From: Amphiscolops sp. MND2022
Taxonomy: Eukaryota
DNA length: 64,000 nt
Direction of reading: 5' to 3'
Assembly: GCA_964187785.1 (NCBI GenBank)
Contig: OZ076421.1
Span: forward strand, 21,018,001 to 21,082,000
A program made the translations under genes and the position numbers. Under the pieces are notes generated by a model, which did no database searches, was not told the origin of the DNA, and saw nothing but the letters and a program-made list of their open reading frames with translations. Position 1 is the first letter of the stretch, and each line of letters begins with the position of its first letter. This document shows positions 38,651 to 47,000 of the stretch, piece by piece.

Positions 38651-39241
38651 TGAAAAGTCGGTTTTTACCATTATCTTTCTACTTACGGCTACAAGATGTC
38701 CTATTGCTGTAAAGGTTTGAATAGTAGATTTGATTACACTTTACAGCAAAATCTTTGTTTGAGAGATCATCCTTGTCCATTAAGGTCAGATAATTGTCAA
38801 ACAATCGATAACCGAAAACCACATTCGACAAACTGAAAAAAAGGTTTCTCCACTCGGCTGTAATCTCATATGGCGTCCCATAATAGCGTCGAATTTTGAT
38901 CTGTCGAATTCCTAACGTCGAATCATTAGAATCGAAGAACGAAGTCAAATCTAGTCTAACAACCAATGTCGAATTTGTGTCGAAACTATCTCGAAATTCA
39001 GTCGAATTATTCTTGTTTGTTTCATATTAAAACAGCTGATAATAACGCTAATAACTACACCAAACAAGCCTTTCCCCGCCTAATATTAGATCATATATGG
39101 TGTATGCACGCTCGACCTCACCGTCGCAAAGACCAGCTCCCACTACGAACGCCTCCGCGATCTCCAATATCAATAGGTCGTTGCTCCTGTTCGACCTCGC
39201 TTTGCAAGATGTGTGGCACTAGACGAAATGGGGGCATATTC

Positions 39242-39441
39242 NNNNNNNNNNNNNNNNNNNNNNNNNNNNNNNNNNNNNNNNNNNNNNNNNNNNNNNNNNN
39301 NNNNNNNNNNNNNNNNNNNNNNNNNNNNNNNNNNNNNNNNNNNNNNNNNNNNNNNNNNNNNNNNNNNNNNNNNNNNNNNNNNNNNNNNNNNNNNNNNNNN
39401 NNNNNNNNNNNNNNNNNNNNNNNNNNNNNNNNNNNNNNNNN
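39242..39441. other. Assembly gap (200 N)
   Basis: Run of N. It hides the outer end of the 3' LTR of element B and its TSD. Confidence 1.
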
Positions 39442-39991
39442 AAAAACGATTTTTACTGATCTAAAATGTTAAATAACAAACACAACTTACATTTGGCTTG
39501 ATGGATGAAGTTATGGCTTCGATAATTTTCTGCTTCTGAAGATATTTCTGCAGGTGCAAGAAACTTATAAATAATTAATCCTGCACTGGGTAAGAGTGGG
39601 GTTTTTGATGAATGTTAAATAAAAGAGCAGCTGAATTGGGCGCATAAAATAATAAGAGCAGCTTTAAATAAGGGGCAGCTGAAAAAAGGGGAAGTTGAAT
39701 CAGACTCAACAAAATATTTATTACTGCAAGGCAGCTGAAATTTTAGAAACGACCACGAGGCTTTTTAAATTGCACACTGCTTGGAACTGCCTGGATAATT
39801 GTTTGTAAAATTTGTTTAAAAAGTAAAATGTGCGCACCCATTGTTACAATGTATATTAAGCAACGCAGTTAATTTTTTTTAATATATAGATGTGTATATA
39901 GCAACAGAGTGTATACGTGTACACTGTATTTGTATTAAGCAGTATTCATATATAAAAGTCATTTCCTGTTTGCTTAGCTCTGTATGCTACA
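39442..39991 (-). repeat. 3' LTR of element B (truncated by the gap)
   Basis: Matches 51432-51981. Begins TGTAGCATAC on the - strand. Confidence 0.9.
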
Positions 39992-40003
39992 CTGCCCTCC
40001 CCC
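39992..40003 (-). promoter_or_regulatory. Polypurine tract GGGGGAGGGCAG
   Basis: Immediately upstream of the 3' LTR TG. Confidence 0.85.
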
Positions 40004-40031
40004 GTGTGAGGCTGCGTCCTCGCCAGCCAGT

Positions 40032-41103
40032 TTATTCGAACCAGTCTGACATATGGGAGTCGCAATCCATGCAAGTCCGTAGTTTGCGACGAGCCCGGCG
40101 GACACCTGACATACCGCAACATTGATATATTTTATTCAATTGGGGATCGGTGAGGATGCTCTTAGCTTCTTTGAATCAAGGAATAAGTTGGGCGACATCT
40201 GCTGGATAGGATGGATTCTTGTCGGGGTGGACCAGGCGCAGGAGATGCCGAGCATGAATGTTTATCTTGGTAACATCTGAGGTTGGTGTCAGTCCGAGGA
40301 CATCGAAGAACAGGTTGTCATCATTGAAATCCAGGTCAATTGCATATGTTGACAGCTGATGGATTAGCATTTCTGTAGTTAGATGGGCATCTGAAACCCT
40401 GTTGGCGGCGAGTTTAAGGTTAGAGAGTTCTTCGCTTTGCTGCAGACTGTGTTGGAGCAAAGAGCTGTTTTCGTCGCTTAGGGCACTAAGGCGCGTCTTC
40501 AGGGCTGCTATTTCACTGTCTTTCTCGGCGAGGGCGACGACTTGAGAAGCAATGTTGGTTTGTAAACCAGCGAGCTCGAGTTTTGCTGTATGAATTTCCT
40601 TTTCCTTTGCCTTCCGAAGAGTCATTTCCTCGCAAAGGAGGTCGAACGTATGCTCACACTCGATGCGAGCCTTATTAGCTGCTGCACGGGCTTCTTCAAA
40701 ACCCTTATTGAGTTCGCCAACCGAAGAAAACTCTGATACTAAGAGTTCCATGCTGTCGTCAGCGTCGAGGGACGCATCCACCGCTACATCGCAGGTGTCC
40801 ACTATTAATTTAGGGGGTACTGGCGAGCAATCACAGATTGCTGGAGGGGGAGGACAGTCCACTTCCACGCTCAGGCTGTTACTGCTTGGAGGAGGAAGCC
40901 AGATTTCCGTAGCTGGTCGAGCAAAGCAACGATTACTTGAATTAATTTTTTGTAGCACAACAGTTTGTGTAGCGGGGTTTATTCTCTTGATACGATAATC
41001 GTCTTTGTCCAACAAGCGGACTACATATCCCTCTGCCAGAGGCTGCACGCGGCCGCTGCTGAGGAGGAAGGGCGCTGGAACTGGAGCTGCTGGAAACTGG
41101 AAC
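40032..41103 (-). CDS. 3' accessory ORF: coiled coil plus C-terminal DnaJ J-domain, with one in-frame TGA (40176-40178)
   Basis: FFDVLGLTPTSDVTKINIHARHLLRLVHPDKNP...AQLIP*FKEAKSILTDPQLNKIYQ. The frame is open from a splice acceptor (TTTTTTTGTTGTTTCAG|G) at 41103. Confidence 0.75.
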
Positions 41104-41224
41104 CTGAAACAACAAAAAAACTGATTGCACCGATTACACTTTGTACGAAAATCCTACTTAGGATGCGGAAACGCATCTGCTAGACACTAATTGTTTAAAC
41201 AATTAGGAAAAAACTTAATTGCGG

Positions 41225-41533
41225 ACACGGAAACGTGTGTTGTGAGGCACTAGTTGCGTAGCGAAGCAACTAGGAGAAAAAGACAGCTTAGCGAAAAGAG
41301 ATTCACCACGGAAACGTGTATCAAAACAGGCGCTAGTTGCGTAGTGAAGCAACTAGGAAGGAAAAGACAACCTAAGGGAAAGTAACGGAACACGGAAACG
41401 TGTAAAACAGGCACTAGCTGCGTAGTAAAGCAACTAGGAAGGAAAGGCAACCTAGAGGAACGTAAGTAACACGGAAACGTGTAGAACAGGCACTAGCTGC
41501 GTAGTAAAGCAACTAGGAAGGGAAATCCTAAGT
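41225..41533. repeat. Four ~80-bp tandem units, each containing two hairpins
   Basis: ACACG-GAAA-CGTGT and CTAG(T/C)TGC-N8-GCAACTAG recur in each unit. Confidence 0.85.
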
Positions 41534-41588
41534 AGTTGATAAAGAAGCTGAAATTGACAGTGAGACAGAAATGTGCTAAGCAATTAAA

Positions 41589-44015
41589 TCAGGTCGAAGT
41601 AGACTCATAAGTAGGCGCACTAATATTAGGATAATCACGTGGTGGAAGTGTAGGGGCGTTGGGTGCAGTGTAATTGGATGGTTTCGGTTCAGCTTGACGA
41701 AAGGTTTCGCGAGCCAGCAAAATCAGTGCGCGGAATTCAGCGTCCGTCAAATACAAAAATGGAGAATTGGTCAAATCATACTCCGCGGTAATTGATTCGA
41801 CTATATTAATGAATCTACCGGAAGTAGCCCGGAAAAAGCGTTGAGGATTGGTAAAAAGACGCTGCCAATGACGTCTAAACAAAGTAAAACTTATAGAAAA
41901 TGTTAAAATAGACATTGTAATGGACAATGACGAAAGTAAAAAAGCAGTACGGGTGGGTAAATATGACTGTAAAGCTGCTGATGTGGCCGGCGAGATCGAA
42001 GAATAATACTTAGCGATTGGCTCTGTCAGTTGATCTAGAGTCTCCGGCGACATGTGTTGGACGTCAGGTAGTTCGGCTAGTTCCATTCGTAGACTGCCAA
42101 GAACTGACTGACGAGCTTCACTAGTAGAATATGCCTGAAATTCGGCGCTACCAATGGCGGGTACATGCGCGAAGACTTGATTCAAAGACGGTGTCAGCTC
42201 AATCGACGCAAGAAAAGGCTCCGGTCGGGTCTCACAAAAATCCATGTCAGGGTGAAGAACCAGTTCACCCTGGTTGAAAGACAGTGTACTCGAACAGCTA
42301 GGGCGTATGACACACGCCTGACAGGTGATAGTAGAGATAGAAAGGCCGTCAATTTGGCTATCGTTTTTGAATTTGAGGGTGGGAGACCGCGATATGACGT
42401 GGTACATTCCATCCGCCAAATAAAAAGCCTGAGGAGCGTCGGGTAAAAGTACTGCGCGGACTTCGCAATTGCGTAAGGCGGGAACATCGTAGTTATAGAA
42501 CAAGGATCCTAAGCAAAGAAGAGTTTCATCGGTTGTTGTCGAGAAGCCTTTTCTACATAATTTAATACGATTGTTACCCGAACATTGCTGCAGCGTATTA
42601 GCACCGAGTTCTGCAAATCTACTATTGTCAGTAGATACGGCCAAAAAAGGGTTCGCAAAATTGAAGAGCGACGCAGTCTTCTGGTCATTGTTGGGCTGAT
42701 ACAGAGGCGTGGCATGGTAAATGTGAAACGTCGACGACTTTGAATTCATTGGGATCCCAAGAATGACAGATATACCACGTGGTATCAAAGTTACTTCGAG
42801 TACTAATTGTATCTCATAGTATATTGCCTCAAAACCAGGTCGAATAGCTGGGGACAGTTTGGTGCCTCGCTTTACTTCGTCATCTGCTAAGTCTTTGACA
42901 ATTTGCGCCACTTGTTGAGGCAGAAGAAACTGAGGTGTGATGTAGCCACTAGCTAACGAGGAAATGGTGGAGTAGAGCGAAATGCGGTAAGCGTAAAACG
43001 CTGCACGGTACGACTTGAGATGAGTGTAAAGTGTCCCTAGCTGATAGACGTATTTTCGCAAGAATTGCTGAAGGCTAAGGTGACGAATAATCACTCTATC
43101 ACACTCAAGGCTAGTCGCAGCCAAGTAGCGAGTAGCATTAACTAGGTAAAACTCCATTTGTTGGAAGCGGAGACCGACACTTTCTTTTAGTTTCTGGACA
43201 CTTTCCTGGGTCTGTTTAATCTCGTTTCCTAGAAGGAAGAAATTCTTGTCGTTTCGAGTTTGAACACGCTGCAGTGTATCAACAATTTCTTGCTGTGTGC
43301 TCATTATGCGTTCCACGTCGCGACTCAGATCTTCATTGGTGTGACAGAGGTTAAATATAGAAAGCGCACTACAAGCGGCGTCTTTGATTGGTTCACCCAA
43401 GACCATTCCGGCACCTGCTGCGATTGCAGCAATAGCGGCAATTGCTCGACGTGGTCGTGCGATGTCATCAGATTGTCTAACAGCTGGTGGAATGAAAGAA
43501 TTCACAACTTCCAGAAGAGTGTCTTCCTCTTGTTGAGCTGCTGCCAACTCTGTTTGCAGGAAATTGACTCTTGTCACAAGTTGTTGCAGGAGGAGGTCAT
43601 AGGTGTCATTAACGTCTGTAAACTTGCAGTTTGTATTGATGTACATACTTCCGATGCTTCCAGGGGCTGTCTGGAAGGCATTGATCATGTTAATGGCATT
43701 GGTAATGTTGATTAGAGGCATCTTGGGGAAGGGAGAGAACACGCGGACTTTGCTTTCGCTCTCCGAGGTAACAGCTTGGTATTTGAACACAAACGCTGCA
43801 CCTTTCTTGAATACGGGTTTTTCCAGGTCATCGTTGAGGTGTGTTGTGAACTGCACATCCGCAAAGATCAGGACCGACCAACGGACAAACAGAAAGAGAA
43901 ACCAGAAATGTTGAGAGTTTGGAAAGTAGGAAATCCTGAAAAACAGAGGAGCCTTGTTAGGCCATTGGTGATGGGAAATGACCTGGAGAGAGAAATAAAA
44001 TGCAACTACTTGAAG
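41589..44015 (-). CDS. env: Envelope glycoprotein (class I fusion, F-like); no in-frame ATG before the signal peptide
   Basis: Signal-like HFWFLFLFVRWSVLIFA just upstream of the listed GTG. Furin site RPRR followed by hydrophobic AIAAIAAIAAGAGMVLG, then a heptad-like helix, Cys-rich ectodomain, several N-X-S/T sequons and a TM segment AFLLSSLSITMSILTFSISFTLF. Confidence 0.85.
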   Translation of the reverse strand, partial: LQVVAFYFSLQVISHHQWPNKAPLFFRISYFPNSQHFWFLFLFVRWSVLIFADVQFTTHLNDDLEKPVFKKGAAFVFKYQAVTSESESKVRVFSPFPKMPLINITNAINMINAFQTAPGSIGSMYINTNCKFTDVNDTYDLLLQQLVTRVNFLQTELAAAQQEEDTLLEVVNSFIPPAVRQSDDIARPRRAIAAIAAIAAGAGMVLGEPIKDAACSALSIFNLCHTNEDLSRDVERIMSTQQEIVDTLQRVQTRNDKNFFLLGNEIKQTQESVQKLKESVGLRFQQMEFYLVNATRYLAATSLECDRVIIRHLSLQQFLRKYVYQLGTLYTHLKSYRAAFYAYRISLYSTISSLASGYITPQFLLPQQVAQIVKDLADDEVKRGTKLSPAIRPGFEAIYYEIQLVLEVTLIPRGISVILGIPMNSKSSTFHIYHATPLYQPNNDQKTASLFNFANPFLAVSTDNSRFAELGANTLQQCSGNNRIKLCRKGFSTTTDETLLCLGSLFYNYDVPALRNCEVRAVLLPDAPQAFYLADGMYHVISRSPTLKFKNDSQIDGLSISTITCQACVIRPSCSSTLSFNQGELVLHPDMDFCETRPEPFLASIELTPSLNQVFAHVPAIGSAEFQAYSTSEARQSVLGSLRMELAELPDVQHMSPETLDQLTEPIAKYYSSISPATSAALQSYLPTRTAFLLSSLSITMSILTFSISFTLFRRHWQRLFTNPQRFFRATSGRFINIVESITAEYDLTNSPFLYLTDAEFRALILLARETFRQAEPKPSNYTAPNAPTLPPRDYPNISAPTYESTST

Positions 44016-47000
44016 TTATGTCTTTTTTGTATACTTTTTGGAACGTTTGGTGGAATGTGGCATGCTGTGCAGTGGCGGCGAGTTGAAATCGGTTAGTTCA
44101 GAAGGTATTGAGGAATTACACAGGGGTTCCGCCAATCGCTGTGTGCGTGTACTTGCGCGGAGATTGTATGGTCTGTTTATCATATCTCGAAACTGAACAG
44201 CAGCGTTTTCAACGATGTTTCGGGATTCGTTTGACAAAGGTGTATGGGATGCTGGTGCTTGACGATAACTAGGGTTGTCGACTGAAGGAGTTGCGGGAGT
44301 GGCCATCGTCTGAACGCCAGGAGATTGAAAAGATTGGGAATGCTGATTACCGGAGAGGAAAGCGGGAGTTCGGGTTTGGGTCGGTGACTGAGCATTGTGG
44401 CTAGTTGATTGTGGCGTTGGAGTAGTCTGGTGGTTCAGGTGAGCAGGGCTGTGGAGATTCATAGGCTGCAGTGGTGGCTGTTGAAAATGCATGCAGCATC
44501 GATGCGAGGTTTCAGGTGGTGTGGTGTTCAAGTCGTTATTCCGTGTTGGGACATTGGAGTGAACTGGTTTTGTGGGCTGGGTTGAGCTAGTATTTCGAGT
44601 AGGCACATTTGAAGTAGCTGGTTTTTCGCAAAAAGGTTTCAACCTATCGTAGTGAACGATCAGCTCTTTGGACGTAGACAATTCTCTTATCTTGTATGTG
44701 ACCTCATTGAAACAGTCAAGTATCACATATGGACCACGCCATGGGTTGTGGAACTTGGTTGTTTGGCCAACTGGGACCACCGGTGTGTGGAGCAACACTT
44801 TCAGTCCCTGTTCGTAGGTAGGACCATGGATCTTCTCGTTGTAAATTGCGTTGCGACGTTTTTGGTTTTTATTAATGTTGGCTCGCACTAGTTCGAAAGC
44901 TCTTTGGAAGGCCAATTTTCGATTGTATACAAAATCCGTAGGCGACATTGTTTTTTCGGTTTCAGGTGCAGGGTGCATCAAATCGATTGGCAAGGAAATT
45001 TCTCGCCCATGAACAAGAAATTGAGGCGAATATCCGGTTGATTCATGTACAGATGACCGGTAAGCCATCATTACGTAGGGTAACTGTTGGGACCAGTTAC
45101 TTTGTTCAGCGTTTACGCATTTTGCTAGCATGTTCTGGATTGTTCGATTCATTCGCTCGATCACTGCATTAGACTGGGGCCTAAAAGCAGTTGTTCTTGT
45201 TTTGTCAATGTGAAGGCTTGTCATGAGCGTCTGGAACAACTTGGACTCAAAATTACGTCCTTGATCACTATGTATGCTGTAGGGACAACCAAATCGACAG
45301 ATCCAATGTTCGATAAGAGCGGTAGCCGTTGTTGTAGCTTGCTGATCTGGCAAGGGAATTGCTTCATACCATTTTGTGAAATGATCCCCGATCAACAGAA
45401 TTACTTTGTTTCCATTCGAGGCCGGCAATGGGCCCATGAAATCGATTCCAATGTGGTGAAAGGGATAACTAGCTTTCCACTCTACAAGGGAATGACGATG
45501 TGTTTTGGGAGGGTCCGAGCGTCGCTGACATTCGGAACAACGTTTTATGAAAAGTTTGATATCCTCTTTGAAACCAGGCCACCAAAAACGCTGTCGAACT
45601 TTCTCCATCACCTTGGCTAAACCTAGATGTCCACTGGTAGCGGAAGAGTGCAAGTTTGTTAGGATATGTTCTACCAAGGTACGGGGAACAATTTGCTGTA
45701 GGTACGGAAGTTCACTTCCAACTGGTTCATACCGTCGACAAAGGACGTCATTGGCCAGATATAAACTGTGGAATTGATTGTACAGCTTCCATGCTAACTC
45801 GGGACTTCCTTGTAGGTTGTTATTCCGCGGCACACGACCCCTGCGAACCCATTCTTTTACGATCTTCAGGGCCTCGTCCTCATCTTGAGCACTGCGGACA
45901 TCAATGTGCGCATGCACTGGTTCATTATCTTTAGCGGTTTCTACGGGTGGGCCTTCGCTCTCAAGTGAAATTGATGGAGGCAAATAAATAGTTATACATA
46001 CATTGGATCCGTCAAAGACTTCTCGGATGAGTCTGCGAACCAAATCCCAGTCAAGTTTATCATTTCCACAGCCTATTTGAGGCATACTAATCTTTAGGAC
46101 GTCGTTCGTTTCAGCATGGCTACGCATGTGTTCCAGAGAAGCTCGAAGTGAAGTATATGTTGGCTTTTGGTAGTAACGTTCCTTAGTCAGCAAGTGATAC
46201 AGGAAACGGCCGTCACCAGGTAATGGTTGTACCCATAGTGGCACAGTTTGCTTCGATATGTCCTCTGGATACTGTGCTGGGAACTTCCTTTTGAATGATC
46301 GGGCTATTCCAGAACTCATTTTAAAATCAGCTGAGATACAGTGAGCTAGGGACTCAGAAGAACTGAACAAATCGCCCTTCACCTCGCGATACTTGACAAT
46401 CCCTGTTTCTGTAATGACTAGTTCTTCTTGTAGAGGCTTTTCTTGTGGTTGCTCATGTTCGAGAAGATCGCCGGTTTTGTCCTTGCTGTGAATATTAGTT
46501 TTTGCGTTGAGTTCAATGACAGCTTGGAGTGGTATTGATGCTGTATCTCTAGGCAATAGATGAACACTGTAGTTAGATTGTGCGTTGGGCCACTCCTCGT
46601 CATTGTTGCAATTCTTCATTTTTGTTGCACCTGGGACTCCTGTTCGGCATTCTTGCGTTAATTGGACGGATTCAGTTGGTATTCTGGACAGACTGTCGGC
46701 ATGTCCGATAGATTTGCCTGGTCTATGTTGCACTTCGTAATCGAAAGCTGCTAGTTTTTCCATCCACCGTGCAATGAGACCGTCGGGGTCCTTGAAATTG
46801 TGTAACCAGCGAAGTGCACTATGGTCTGTGACAATTTTGAATTTTCTTCCGAGTAGGTAATGTCGGAAGTACCGAGTGAAGTGGACCATTGCCAGAAGTT
46901 CTCGTCTCGTCACTGAGTACTTTGATTGGGATTTGGAGAATGCCTTTGATGCATAGCAAATAGCACGTTCCTGGCCATTTTGTACTTGGGCTAGAACGGT

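Noticed and set aside
38966-39472. 168-aa and 83-aa ORFs in the track
   Set aside because: Artefacts of translating through the N gap.
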